Assembly (NCBI GenBank): GCA_051656605.1
Contig: JBOGCF010000026.1
Coordinates: 7,148 to 71,147, forward strand
Source: Tannerellaceae bacterium
GTDB lineage: Bacteria; Bacteroidota; Bacteroidia; Bacteroidales; CAMTPD01
Direction of reading: 5' to 3'
Length of the DNA stretch: 64,000 bases
The position numbers and the translations under genes are program-made. Shown here piece after piece: positions 1 to 9,845 of this stretch (the first letter of the stretch is position 1; each line of letters begins with the position of its first letter). The notes beneath the pieces were generated by a model that worked only from the letters and a program-made list of their open reading frames with translations, ran no database searches and was not told the origin of the DNA.

Positions 1-1
1 G

Positions 2-763
2 CACATCAATGTGCAAAAGATGCAAATGTTGGGAGCTAAAGTTGTTGCCGCAACATCGGGAAGTATGACGTTGAAAGATGCAACCAACGAGGCGATCAGA
101 GACTGGTGTTGTAATCCCGAAGATACATTCTATATCATCGGTTCGGTTGTAGGGCCTCACCCTTATCCGGATATGGTTGCCAAACTTCAATCAATCATTA
201 GCGAAGAGATCAAAAAACAGTTGAAAGAGAAAGAAGGCAGAGAGAATCCTGATTACTTGATCGCTTGTATTGGTGGTGGTAGTAATGCTGCCGGAACAAT
301 TTATCACTTCCTTGACGATGAGGATGTAGAGATTTTACTTGCCGAAGCCGGTGGTCTAGGTGTTGAAACCGGACATACTGCAGCAACCATTCAATTGGGT
401 AAAATCGGTGTACTTCACGGTAGTAAGACATTGGTAATGCAAGATGAGAACGGCCAGGTTGTTGAACCTTATTCGATTTCTGCCGGACTTGATTATCCTG
501 GTATCGGACCTATGTATGCACACCTTGCTCACACCGGACGTGTTCGCGTATTGGCGATCAATGATGAGGAAGCATTGGATGCGGCATTTGAATTGACAAG
601 AATAGAAGGTATTATTCCTGCATTGGAGTCATCACATGCATTGGCTGTATTGAAACGTAAAGAATTTGCACCTAACGATGTAGTCGTACTTACGGTTTCG
701 GGTCGTGGTGATAAAGATATGGAAACGTATGTTGCTGCAATGCAGAAACGTTCGATGAAGTAA
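2..763 (+). CDS. trpB: Tryptophan synthase beta subunit, 3' portion (gene begins upstream of the window)
   Basis: The frame is open to the window edge. TrpB-like sequence is present ([42 protein letters not shown]). It is followed directly by trpEGDCFA. Confidence 0.95.
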   Translation, partial: HINVQKMQMLGAKVVAATSGSMTLKDATNEAIRDWCCNPEDTFYIIGSVVGPHPYPDMVAKLQSIISEEIKKQLKEKEGRENPDYLIACIGGGSNAAGTIYHFLDDEDVEILLAEAGGLGVETGHTAATIQLGKIGVLHGSKTLVMQDENGQVVEPYSISAGLDYPGIGPMYAHLAHTGRVRVLAINDEEALDAAFELTRIEGIIPALESSHALAVLKRKEFAPNDVVVLTVSGRGDKDMETYVAAMQKRSMK

Positions 764-785
764 AAACAACATTAGAATTGTGGGT

Positions 786-2195
786 ATGAAAGTCAATATA
801 AAATCACATAGCAAGAAGCTACTTGCCGATTTGCAAACGCCGGTTTCAATTTATCTAAAGCTGCGCGATTTGTTTCCGGAGTCGGCTTTGCTTGAAAGTT
901 CTGATTCACGCGGACACGAAAATAGTTATTCGTTGATCGGAATTGAACCCCGAGCTTTCTTTAAGCTTGAAAACAATCAAGTAACAGAGCACTACTCTGA
1001 AGAAACAGAGATTGTTTACACGATTAAAGAAAACTTGTCTCTTACAAATTGCCTAAATAAGTTTATCGGCAGATTCAAGGTTGAAAGCGAGCATGATATT
1101 GCTTTCGAGGCCAATGGTTTCTTTGGCTTTACATCCTACAATTCTACACGTTATTTCGAAACGTCACTTCCTCAGAATCCGAAGAAAAGCGAATTGGCTA
1201 TTCCGGATATGTACTATATCTTCTATCGTTTTGTGTTGGTAATTGATCATTATAAAAACGAGCTTACTATCATAGAGAATGTAGAAGAAGGGGAAGCTTC
1301 GCGCATGGAAGAGATCGAAACGCTGCTGATGTGTCGCAATTTTGCTTCGTATGGTTTCTCTGTAAAAGGCGAAGAATATTCTACCATCGACGGAGAGAAA
1401 TACAAAGAGATGGTGCGCAAAGGTATTGAGCATTGCAACCGTGGAGACGTATTCCAGTTGGTACTATCACGCCGATTTGTGCAGGAGTTTCAAGGAGATG
1501 ACTTTATGGTGTACCGCGCTCTTCGCTCGATCAACCCATCGCCTTACTTGTTTTACTTCGACTTTGGCTCGTTCCGAGTATTCGGATCTTCGCCCGAAAC
1601 ACATTGCCGCATTACAGACAACAGTGTTTACATCGACCCGATTGCAGGAACTTTCCGTCGTACCGGCGATCCCGAAAAGGATGCCGAGCTGGGGCGAGAG
1701 TTGTTGAAAGACCCGAAGGAAAATGCCGAGCATGTGATGTTGGTTGATTTGGCCCGCAATGATTTGAGCCGTAATGCAGAGTCGGTTTCGATCGACTTCT
1801 TCAAAGAAGTACACTTCTATTCGCATGTGATCCACTTGGTATCTCGTGTTCGTGGGGTGTTGCCTCAAGGTTTTAATCCCATCAAAGTATTGGCCGATTC
1901 GTTTCCTGCCGGAACACTTTCGGGAGCTCCAAAGATCAGAGCGATGCAGCTTATCGACGAATTGGAAATACACGACCGCGGAGCTTATGGTGGATGTATA
2001 GGTTATATTGGATTGAATGGAAACATCAATCAGGCAATTACCATCCGTTCTTTCGTAAGCAAAGGAAATAAATTATACTATCAGGCAGGAGCAGGAGTGG
2101 TTTCCAAGTCGAATCCCGAAAGCGAATTGCAAGAAGTAAACAACAAACTAGGGGCATTGAAAAAGGCAATCGACATGGCCGAAACGCTCTATTAA
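786..2195 (+). CDS. trpE: Anthranilate synthase component I
   Basis: Chorismate-binding enzyme motifs are present (FPAGTLSGAPKIRAMQLIDELE, RGAYGGCIGYIG). I prefer the ATG at 786 over the ORF-track GTG at 780. Confidence 0.93.
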   Translation: MKVNIKSHSKKLLADLQTPVSIYLKLRDLFPESALLESSDSRGHENSYSLIGIEPRAFFKLENNQVTEHYSEETEIVYTIKENLSLTNCLNKFIGRFKVESEHDIAFEANGFFGFTSYNSTRYFETSLPQNPKKSELAIPDMYYIFYRFVLVIDHYKNELTIIENVEEGEASRMEEIETLLMCRNFASYGFSVKGEEYSTIDGEKYKEMVRKGIEHCNRGDVFQLVLSRRFVQEFQGDDFMVYRALRSINPSPYLFYFDFGSFRVFGSSPETHCRITDNSVYIDPIAGTFRRTGDPEKDAELGRELLKDPKENAEHVMLVDLARNDLSRNAESVSIDFFKEVHFYSHVIHLVSRVRGVLPQGFNPIKVLADSFPAGTLSGAPKIRAMQLIDELEIHDRGAYGGCIGYIGLNGNINQAITIRSFVSKGNKLYYQAGAGVVSKSNPESELQEVNNKLGALKKAIDMAETLY

Positions 2196-2210
2196 TACAA
2201 GACTACAACA

Positions 2211-2780
2211 ATGAAAAAGATTTTATTATTCGACAATTACGACTCTTTTACATACAACTTGTATCATCTTGTAAGAGAGCTTGGCTACACAGATGTAGAG
2301 GTACATCGCAACGATTGTATTTCGCTGGATGAAGTAGAGCGATTCGACAAGATTATACTCTCACCGGGACCGGGTATTCCATCCGAAGCCGGCTTGCTTC
2401 TTCCACTGATCAAACGCTTTGCTGCGCATAAGAGTATACTGGGCGTTTGTCTCGGTCATCAGGCTATTGGCGAAGCTTTCGGAGCTTCATTGATCAATCT
2501 GCCTTCTGTTTTTCACGGAATCAGTTCGCACATTCAAGTGGTAGAGAACGATGTCTTGTTTGAAGGGCTTCCTATCCAATTGGAAGTGGGACGCTACCAT
2601 TCGTGGGCTGTAAGTACCGATGGTTTTCCGAGTCAACTGGCTGTAACGGCTACGGATGATGAAGGGATTATCATGGCATTGAAGCACAAAGAATACGATG
2701 TGCATGGCATTCAGTTTCACCCCGAATCAGTACTGACTCCGCAAGGAAAAGAAATGGTTCTTAACTTCCTAAAGCAATAA
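2211..2780 (+). CDS. trpG: Anthranilate synthase component II (glutamine amidotransferase)
   Basis: 189 aa class-I GATase with a catalytic Cys context (GVCLGHQAIG) and IQFHPESVLT. Confidence 0.93.
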   Translation: MKKILLFDNYDSFTYNLYHLVRELGYTDVEVHRNDCISLDEVERFDKIILSPGPGIPSEAGLLLPLIKRFAAHKSILGVCLGHQAIGEAFGASLINLPSVFHGISSHIQVVENDVLFEGLPIQLEVGRYHSWAVSTDGFPSQLAVTATDDEGIIMALKHKEYDVHGIQFHPESVLTPQGKEMVLNFLKQ

Positions 2781-2784
2781 AGAC

Positions 2785-3780
2785 ATGAAAAGTTTACTCA
2801 ATAGACTCACCGAACATCAGACGCTCTCGCAAGAGGAAGCACGAAACGTTCTGATCAATATGGCTGAAGGAAAGTACAACGACAGTCAGATCTCTGCTTT
2901 TCTTACGACCTATCTCATGCGTAGTATCACCATCCAAGAGCTTTTTGGTTTTCGTGAAGCGTTGTTGATGATGACGCGCCCCGTAGATTTGAAAGAGTTT
3001 GATGCCATAGACATCGTTGGTACCGGTGGTGATCATAAAAATACGTTCAATATCTCTACGCTTTCGTGTTTTGTAACTGCCGGTGCAGGTTATAAGGTGG
3101 CGAAACATGGTAACTTTGGTGCCTCTTCGATCAGTGGAGCTTCCAATGTTTTAGAGCATTTGGGGATAAAATTTTCAAATGATGAAGATGTGTTAAAACG
3201 TTCGATTGAGACCTCTGGAGTTGCCTATCTGCACGCTCCAATGTTTAATGAAGCAATGAAAAGAGTTGCTCCGGCGCGCAAATCGTTAGGAGTGCGTACG
3301 CTATTTAATATACTAGGTCCTCTCGTTAACCCTTCTCGTCCGAACAAAATGCTGCTTGGCGTGTTTAATTTAAAGTTAGCAAGACTTTATTCTTATCTGT
3401 ATCAGCATACATCAGAGCAATTTGCGATTGTAAATAGTCTCGATGGATACGATGAAATTTCGTTGACATCTCCATTTAAAGTTGTCACCTCAAAGGGAGA
3501 ATTTATCTATAATCCGGAAGATCTGGATTTCCTGACTTGTTCGCAAGAGTCTCTTTCTGGTGGAGATTCGGTTGCTTCGGCAGCACAAATATTCTTGGAT
3601 GTTTTGGAAAATAGCGCGACAGAAGCACAAAAATCATGTGTACTCGCAAATTCAGCGTTTGCTATTCAAACGGCAAACAATGCTTTAACTATCTCCGAAT
3701 GTTTGGCGCTGGCAAAAGAATCGCTCGAAAGTGGTGCCGCGAAGAAGTCGTTCTTGCAATTTCAGTCATTAAACTCGTAA
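2785..3780 (+). CDS. trpD: Anthranilate phosphoribosyltransferase
   Basis: 331 aa with the VGTGGDHKNTFNIST and KHGN motifs. Its position in the trp operon supports the call. Confidence 0.93.
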   Translation: MKSLLNRLTEHQTLSQEEARNVLINMAEGKYNDSQISAFLTTYLMRSITIQELFGFREALLMMTRPVDLKEFDAIDIVGTGGDHKNTFNISTLSCFVTAGAGYKVAKHGNFGASSISGASNVLEHLGIKFSNDEDVLKRSIETSGVAYLHAPMFNEAMKRVAPARKSLGVRTLFNILGPLVNPSRPNKMLLGVFNLKLARLYSYLYQHTSEQFAIVNSLDGYDEISLTSPFKVVTSKGEFIYNPEDLDFLTCSQESLSGGDSVASAAQIFLDVLENSATEAQKSCVLANSAFAIQTANNALTISECLALAKESLESGAAKKSFLQFQSLNS

Positions 3781-3794
3781 AAAGATTTATTACT

Positions 3795-4586
3795 ATGAAT
3801 ATCCTGCATACGATTATCGAACAAAAAAAGAAAGAGGTAGAACGTCACAAAGCGGCTTTTGGTCTCGATCACTTGCTTAGAACACAGTTGCTAGATCGCG
3901 AACCTGTATCTTTTAAAGAGTCTATATTGACGTCTTCTCATGGTATAATAGCCGAGTTTAAAAGAAAATCACCTTCGAAGGGATGGATTCATCCGGATGC
4001 TTGCGTGGAGCAAACCATTTTGGCATATTCCGATGCCGGAGCTGCGGCGATATCGGTACTTACCGACGAGCACTTCTTTGGCGGTTCGTTGAATGATTTG
4101 CGTAGAGCAAGACAACTTACATCAACTCCACTTCTACGCAAAGATTTCATCGTAGATGACTATCAAATCTATCAGGCAAAAGCTGTGGGTGCAGACTGTA
4201 TCTTACTTATTGCGGCAGCTTTGTCTGTGCAAGAGGTTACGCATTTTACCCAGTTGGCTCACTCGCTCGGATTAGAGGTATTGCTAGAGGTGCATAACGA
4301 GCAAGAATTGGAAACAATTGTTGCAGGCCCGGATATGGTAGGGGTAAACAACCGAAACTTAAAGACTTTTGTAACAAGCCTCGAGAATTCTCTTCGTTTG
4401 GCCGAGCTGATTCCGGATCAGTTTATCAAGATCTCTGAAAGTGGAATCTCCTCAACCAATAGTCTGGATACACTAAGAAAAGCAGGATATGATGGATTTC
4501 TGATGGGCGAAAACTTTATGAAGCATCATCGTCCCGGTGAAGCTTTGGTTTCGTTTGCAGGAGCATTACAATCGATGCCAGCTTGA
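3795..4586 (+). CDS. trpC: Indole-3-glycerol-phosphate synthase
   Basis: IIAEFKRKSPSKG motif in a TIM-barrel protein. The ATG at 3795 (MNILHTII) lies just after the trpD stop. The ORF-track start at 3636 overlaps trpD and is an upstream extension. Confidence 0.92.
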   Translation: MNILHTIIEQKKKEVERHKAAFGLDHLLRTQLLDREPVSFKESILTSSHGIIAEFKRKSPSKGWIHPDACVEQTILAYSDAGAAAISVLTDEHFFGGSLNDLRRARQLTSTPLLRKDFIVDDYQIYQAKAVGADCILLIAAALSVQEVTHFTQLAHSLGLEVLLEVHNEQELETIVAGPDMVGVNNRNLKTFVTSLENSLRLAELIPDQFIKISESGISSTNSLDTLRKAGYDGFLMGENFMKHHRPGEALVSFAGALQSMPA

Positions 4587-4602
4587 AAATAAGAATTCTT
4601 CA

Positions 4603-5244
4603 ATGAATCAAAATAACGTACGAATTAAAGTTTGCGGAATGAGGGAGGAAGAGAATGTCAAATCTCTCATCACGCAACCAATCGATTATATAGGGTTTAT
4701 TTTCTATGCAAAGTCTCCTCGCTATGTGAGCGAAGAAAGCTATGAAATGATCAAAAGCTTAGTTTGTTGTTGCAAGAAAACAGGTGTGTTTGTAAATGAA
4801 GACTACGAAACTATTCGAAGTATTGTTGCTGCATGCGGATTAGATGCCGTGCAGCTTCATGGCAATGAGTCACCACAGTTTTGTAACACTGTTAAATCTC
4901 TCGGAGTCGAGGTGTTTAAAGTATTCAGTATCGAGAAACCTTCCGATTTATTGCTTTGTAGTGATTATACGGATGTCGCAGACCTTTTTTTGTTTGACAC
5001 CAAATGCGCCGGTCACGGTGGCAGCGGAATGAAGTTCGACTGGAGTATCCTTGACAATTATATAGGGCAGGTTCCGTTCTTGTTGAGCGGAGGAATCGGC
5101 CCCGAAGATTATGAATCCCTTCTTGCCTACAAGCATCCAAAGCTTTACGGAGTAGACTTAAATAGCAAATTTGAAATTGCGCCAGCATTTAAAGATATAG
5201 AAACCCTTTCTTCTTTTATCCACAAATTACGTCACAATGAATAG
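4603..5244 (+). CDS. trpF: Phosphoribosylanthranilate isomerase
   Basis: IKVCGM and DAVQLHGNE motifs. The ATG at 4603 follows the trpC stop. The ORF-track start at 4537 is an extension into trpC. Confidence 0.9.
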   Translation: MNQNNVRIKVCGMREEENVKSLITQPIDYIGFIFYAKSPRYVSEESYEMIKSLVCCCKKTGVFVNEDYETIRSIVAACGLDAVQLHGNESPQFCNTVKSLGVEVFKVFSIEKPSDLLLCSDYTDVADLFLFDTKCAGHGGSGMKFDWSILDNYIGQVPFLLSGGIGPEDYESLLAYKHPKLYGVDLNSKFEIAPAFKDIETLSSFIHKLRHNE

Positions 5245-6010
5245 AATAGATCTGTTGTTCGCAACAAAACAAAATAATATCTTATCGGTATACTTCACTG
5301 CCGGATTTCCACAATTAAACAGTACATTATCTGTATTAGAAGCTTTACAAGCTAAAGGTGTAGACATGGTTGAAATCGGAGTTCCGTTTTCAGACCCTTT
5401 GGCAGACGGACCAGTGATTCAACAAAGTAGCCACGTGGCTATTCAAAACGGAATGAATCTGCGTTTGTTGTTTTCTCAATTGAAAGATGTACGTGAGCGT
5501 ATCCATATTCCATTGGTACTAATGACTTACTTCAATCCGGTTTTAGTTTTTGGCTTTGAAGAGTTTTGCAAGCAATGTGCCGAAGTGGGTATTGACGGAC
5601 TTATTATTCCGGATCTACCTTTTGCAGAATACGAGCAAACGTATAAAGCAATCACAGATAAGTACGGATTACACATGGCGATGTTGATTACGCCACAAAC
5701 CTCTGAGGCGCGTATTCGCCAGATCGATGATCTTACAAACGGATTCATTTATATGGTATCTTCGGCTTCCACTACTGGGGCAAAAGATCGCTTCTCGGAA
5801 GAACAGATCGGATACTTTGAACGTATCAATGCATTGGAACTGAAGAATCCGCGTCTTATCGGTTTTGGAATTTCAAACAATACGACCCTTCAATCGGCCT
5901 TTAGTCATGCGCGTGGAGCCATTGTAGGAAGTAAGTATGTGCAACTTCTAGGATCGGAAAAAAACATTGAGCAATCTGTAGATGCGTTATTTGCATCGTT
6001 GGGATTGTAA
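5237..6010 (+). CDS. trpA: Tryptophan synthase alpha subunit
   Basis: 257 aa with VDMVEIGVPFSDPLADGPVIQ. It overlaps the end of trpF by 8 nt, suggesting translational coupling. Confidence 0.94.
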   Translation: MNRIDLLFATKQNNILSVYFTAGFPQLNSTLSVLEALQAKGVDMVEIGVPFSDPLADGPVIQQSSHVAIQNGMNLRLLFSQLKDVRERIHIPLVLMTYFNPVLVFGFEEFCKQCAEVGIDGLIIPDLPFAEYEQTYKAITDKYGLHMAMLITPQTSEARIRQIDDLTNGFIYMVSSASTTGAKDRFSEEQIGYFERINALELKNPRLIGFGISNNTTLQSAFSHARGAIVGSKYVQLLGSEKNIEQSVDALFASLGL

Positions 6011-6027
6011 AAGAGATATCATGATAT

Positions 6028-6066
6028 AAAAAGAGAGCGACTCCAAACGGGGTCGCTCTCTTTGTG
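6028..6066. terminator. Bidirectional intrinsic terminator between trpA (+) and ansB (-)
   Basis: 13-bp stem AGAGAGCGACTCC / GGGGTCGCTCTCT (one G:U) with an AAAC loop. It is flanked by an A-run upstream and a T-run downstream. Confidence 0.8.
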
Positions 6067-6084
6067 TTCATTATGTTGGAGGAA

Positions 6085-7137
6085 TCAATATTCCATAAAC
6101 ATGCGTTGGATTTCTTTTGTGTCTTTTGTTTTAGTCAAAGCCAACATCAAAAGAACTCTTGATTTAGGAGACCCAAGGAAATATGAAGCTACATATCCGT
6201 GCTCGTCATCATTCACCTCACCGTTACGAGGTACCATACCTGTTTGAATGCGGCTAGATCTTACCACTTGGATACCTTGTTTTACACCTTTATCCAATAC
6301 GTCCATTACAGCAGGATAAATGTTACCATTACCTACACCTGCATGTACGATTCCATCTACTTTTGCTTTTACAAGCGCTTCAGCAGGAAGTGGAGATGCA
6401 TTTGCATAACCATAAAGAATATCAACAACCGGAAGTTTAGTTAGGTTTGTAACATCAAATTCACTTTGAGTTGTGTGACGTCTGATTTGATTTCTAGAGA
6501 AGAAAGGAGTTGATTCGTACATTACACCCATAGGACCGTAGTTAGGACATTTGAATGCATCTACGTTTGTTGTGTTTGTTTTAGTGATGTCGTCTGCACC
6601 AAGGATGTAGTCGTTCATCAATACCATTACACCTTTACCTACAGCTTGAGGATTTGATGCAAGAGCCACAGCTTTGAACAAGTTCAACGGACCATCAGCA
6701 CTAAGAGCTGTAGACGGACGCATTGATCCTACCAATACGACTGGTTTGTCGCTTTTTACGGTTAGATTCAGGAAGTACGCAGTTTCTTCCATAGTATCCG
6801 TTCCGTGCGTAATAACGATACCGTCGCAATTACCGGCAGCAAATACTTTGTTGATTTCTTTTGCCAATGCCAACCATACGTTGTCATTCATCTCTTGGCT
6901 TCCGATATTTGAGATTTGGATTCCTTTGATATCGGCAAGATCCATTAATTGAGGAACAGCTGCGATCAATTGATCCACTGTAGCAACACCGGCTGTGTAA
7001 CCTCCCGATGTAGATGTTTCAGCTGCACCGGCAATAGTACCACCTGTTGCAATAATAACGATACGTGGTTTGGTTTGTGCTTGTGCGCCTAATACAACAG
7101 CAAGCATCAGTACGAATAGTAAACTTAACTTCTTCAT
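6085..7137 (-). CDS. ansB: Periplasmic L-asparaginase, type II
   Basis: Signal peptide plus IIATGGTIAG and ITHGTDTMEETA active-site motifs. 350 aa. Confidence 0.93.
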   Translation of the reverse strand: MKKLSLLFVLMLAVVLGAQAQTKPRIVIIATGGTIAGAAETSTSGGYTAGVATVDQLIAAVPQLMDLADIKGIQISNIGSQEMNDNVWLALAKEINKVFAAGNCDGIVITHGTDTMEETAYFLNLTVKSDKPVVLVGSMRPSTALSADGPLNLFKAVALASNPQAVGKGVMVLMNDYILGADDITKTNTTNVDAFKCPNYGPMGVMYESTPFFSRNQIRRHTTQSEFDVTNLTKLPVVDILYGYANASPLPAEALVKAKVDGIVHAGVGNGNIYPAVMDVLDKGVKQGIQVVRSSRIQTGMVPRNGEVNDDEHGYVASYFLGSPKSRVLLMLALTKTKDTKEIQRMFMEY

Positions 7138-7181
7138 TGTTGAAATTATTAATGGTTTTTACTTAGACATTGTCTTAGCAA

Positions 7182-8378
7182 TTAGTTTACGTTGAACAAC
7201 CATCTGAAGCCTGTGATAAACATGTTTTCGCTATTTCCTTTTGGAAGTCCCGAAAACATAGCTGTATTCAAGCTTGTGTAACGATAACCGTACGAGAAGT
7301 GGAAGTTCAAGTTTGTATTATTAAACGGATAATATTCAAAAACAAAAGCACCAGTCCATCTGTGAAGAACTTCTGCATTTAGCTCTTTATCTTGACGTTG
7401 GTCGTAAATACCTTTTAGCCACATTACAAACTCGTTGTTTTTACCAAAGTTATACTGTGCACGTACAATCGCAGCTTGGTCTCTGGCAAAGATCAAGTTC
7501 TCCGCTTTCAAATCAATAGGACCATTTTGACGTACGCTGTTTAGTGTGAATACGTTTGAGAAGTCTTCTTGATAGTAATCACCAGTCATATACTCCAGTT
7601 GCAAATTTACCGGACCTAGCATAAATTGGTTACCGAAAGTATACCAGTTAGTTGTTTGGTTTTTGGCAACATTCGTTAGGTTATAACCCCAACGTGTTTT
7701 CCAAAGTCCGTTAAATAGATCACCAACCCACAAGAATGAGTAATGGAAAGCAAAGTCATAGCCCGGCACTGAGAATTCAGGACCCGAAGCGTCTGTTATT
7801 TCAAAGTTGAATTGTTGCTTTTTATATGTATAGGCTGCATTGATACCTGTAGAGTATCCTTGAAGAGAGCTTCCCGGAAGTGAGTAGAAGTATACATCTG
7901 CCGGATTGTATTCAAACTCGAATGTACCAAACTGTACCGGTTGTTTACCCACGGTAAGATCCCACCCTTTTCCTAGTTTAAAGTTTACAAAAGCAAAGTC
8001 GGTGCCGGCAAGGAAGTTGTCTTTACCAAGATCTCCGATCTTGTTTAAACGTTGTCTCACCAAGTAGCTAATGTTTGGTGTAATGTCACCTTGCAATACT
8101 AATTTGAAAGCATTGGCTTTAAACGCAGCAACGTCTTTGGTGTGCTGATTTACCGCACCATCAAAGTCGATACGCATATCCATCTTAATATTTAAGAGGT
8201 CACGATTCATTTTGATGTTTCGAAATAATCGAAAGTCATTTCTGTTTTGAGCAACAGCAGAGTCGATATTTACAACATTCTCTGGCTGTGTCGGCCCTGT
8301 TTCGTTCGTGCTAGCAGCGAGCATAGGCTGTGCCAGAAAAAAAGAGCTAAGACATAATGCCGATAGCCATGTTTTCAT
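7182..8378 (-). CDS. Outer-membrane porin-like beta-barrel (OprO/P-like superfamily, tentative), paralog of 22368-23432
   Basis: Signal peptide MKTWLSALCLSSFFLAQPMLAAS. The sequence has an alternating beta-strand pattern and a C-terminal aromatic-rich end. Full-length similarity to the ORF at 22368-23432 is visible by eye. It lies 44 nt upstream of ansB. The start at 8378 (MKTW) is preferred over 8420. Confidence 0.6.
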   Translation of the reverse strand: MKTWLSALCLSSFFLAQPMLAASTNETGPTQPENVVNIDSAVAQNRNDFRLFRNIKMNRDLLNIKMDMRIDFDGAVNQHTKDVAAFKANAFKLVLQGDITPNISYLVRQRLNKIGDLGKDNFLAGTDFAFVNFKLGKGWDLTVGKQPVQFGTFEFEYNPADVYFYSLPGSSLQGYSTGINAAYTYKKQQFNFEITDASGPEFSVPGYDFAFHYSFLWVGDLFNGLWKTRWGYNLTNVAKNQTTNWYTFGNQFMLGPVNLQLEYMTGDYYQEDFSNVFTLNSVRQNGPIDLKAENLIFARDQAAIVRAQYNFGKNNEFVMWLKGIYDQRQDKELNAEVLHRWTGAFVFEYYPFNNTNLNFHFSYGYRYTSLNTAMFSGLPKGNSENMFITGFRWLFNVN

Positions 8379-8546
8379 AACGTTCCTGTTTGGTTTTAGT
8401 TTTGTTTTAAATACTAACATAAAGATTAATGATTTAGTTTTGCGTCTTTTTTCCTTCTTGCGTTACTTATAAGAGTTTAACGATTATTGCATGATACTTT
8501 TGAGCGTAAAGACGCAATGATTGGATTGTCTGTTCATTAGTTTATG

Positions 8547-8554
8547 CAAAACTA
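8547..8554 (-). promoter_or_regulatory. Candidate Bacteroidetes -7 box (TAGTTTTG) for the porin-ansB unit
   Basis: Matches the TAnnTTTG consensus on the minus strand, about 170 nt upstream of the porin start. Confidence 0.35.
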
Positions 8555-8689
8555 CAACAATCTTGGGGAAGATTAAGTCATTGAATTTTAATAATAGAAT
8601 GCGATTTGTGAAATATATTCTACATAAAGCCTATATAGACAGTGGTTTGATTAAAAAATGTTTTAGATTTGAGTTTTAACAATTAAGGA

Positions 8690-8728
8690 AACCGTAATTT
8701 ATTGCGTTTTAGACAATGAATTACGGTT
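8690..8728 (-). terminator. Hairpin downstream of the ThuA-like gene
   Basis: Perfect 10-bp inverted repeat AACCGTAATT / AATTACGGTT with a 19-nt loop. There is no strong U-tract. Confidence 0.4.
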
Positions 8729-8800
8729 ATTGTTACATCAAGAAAGCTCAAGCTTTCAGATTTTAGTGTTATAATGTTTGTTTGTGATAAAGTATAAGTT

Positions 8801-9712
8801 TTAATCGATCATAGCGTTTAACTTAACATTATCTTTTGTTGGAAATTGAGCAGAGGCTTTTTGTTTTACTTTTCCGGTTGCTGCCCATTCGGCACCACGC
8901 AGTAGGGTCGTTTGAAAACCCTCGCACTGCATAGCCGGACTTTCGGCAGCTGTGCTTCCTGCATGTCCCAGCATGGTGTGAAACACCCTGCCTTTTCCAT
9001 ATTTAACGGTAAATAGCAACGGCTCTTCACGGCCCGACCCGCCGGTAGCTTTGTCAGAGAAAGCTGTGTAAAGCAAGCACTCGATATTGCCCGGACCCCT
9101 CATGCGGTCGTATAGTTCGTCCTTTGCATGAAGCCACTGTTGAGGCAAGCCCTTTACAATAGGATGGTCTTGATTGCGTTTGGTGAGTACATATTCGTGC
9201 TGTTGTCCGTGCGAACCGCCTGCTCCGGGAGTGCTATCTTTTACAAGTTTTCCATCTTGCCAATAGACCCAAGGTCCCGATTTTTCGTTTCTACCTTCCC
9301 AGCCGCCCAGTGCGATGATCTCATTAAAATCTTTCCAGTCGGGAAACGCATTGTCGGCAGCATGGTATACCACCACGCCTCCACCTTTGGAAACGAATTC
9401 AAGGAAACCGTCTTGGGTTTGTTGCGGCCAGTGATCGCCATTGTAGTCGAGTACTACTAGATCAAAAGGTTTGAAGTCGAGGATAAAGTTCGACATGTCT
9501 TTTCCTTTCTCGGGCGAAATGGCTACCTCCACATCAAATAACCTCGATCCCTCAAGTATATTTTCAAGAATCGGATAACTCACGGGCCAGTTGTGGTTGT
9601 TTTGGCCAGTAATCAAAAGAGTTTTGATAGGTTTTGCCGCAAATGTACAGAGCGGCATCAGAAGAGACAATAGCGATGCTACTGCCAATGATACAACGTG
9701 TTTCATGGTCAC
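8801..9712 (-). CDS. ThuA-domain (trehalose-utilisation-like, GATase1-like) secreted protein
   Basis: Signal peptide, then KTLLITGQNNHNW...DLVVLDYNGDHW...GGGVVVYHAADNAF, which is typical of the ThuA family. Confidence 0.7.
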   Translation of the reverse strand: MTMKHVVSLAVASLLSLLMPLCTFAAKPIKTLLITGQNNHNWPVSYPILENILEGSRLFDVEVAISPEKGKDMSNFILDFKPFDLVVLDYNGDHWPQQTQDGFLEFVSKGGGVVVYHAADNAFPDWKDFNEIIALGGWEGRNEKSGPWVYWQDGKLVKDSTPGAGGSHGQQHEYVLTKRNQDHPIVKGLPQQWLHAKDELYDRMRGPGNIECLLYTAFSDKATGGSGREEPLLFTVKYGKGRVFHTMLGHAGSTAAESPAMQCEGFQTTLLRGAEWAATGKVKQKASAQFPTKDNVKLNAMID

Positions 9713-9798
9713 AAAGCATTAAATTAAGTAATTGTTATTGAGGCTTAAATATAGTGTATCTACAACAAAGGCAAATCATTTTATCGAAAAATAAATGC

Positions 9799-9806
9799 TA
9801 TATTTG
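9799..9806 (+). promoter_or_regulatory. Candidate -7 box TATATTTG for the cyclophilin gene
   Basis: TAnnTTTG match 40 nt upstream of the ATG at 9846. It overlaps the ORF-track alternative start at 9795, which argues for the 9846 start. Confidence 0.4.
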
Positions 9807-9845
9807 TGTATAAGTAAACAAAAAGGATCAATTCATTATTACGTT

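Noticed and set aside
3636-3794. N-terminal extensions of several ORF-track entries (trpC 3636, trpF 4537, susD 45647, helicase 49099, cyclophilin 9795, porin 8420)
   Set aside because: The extensions overlap the preceding gene or a promoter box. Internal ATGs give N-termini that match family expectations, either signal peptides or conserved first motifs.
1-6010. Unusual trp gene order (trpB first, trpA last, not adjacent)
   Set aside because: As far as I recall, trpB-E-G-D-C-F-A is the normal arrangement in Bacteroides-type genomes. It is therefore not novel. The operon leader lies outside the window, so attenuation cannot be assessed.
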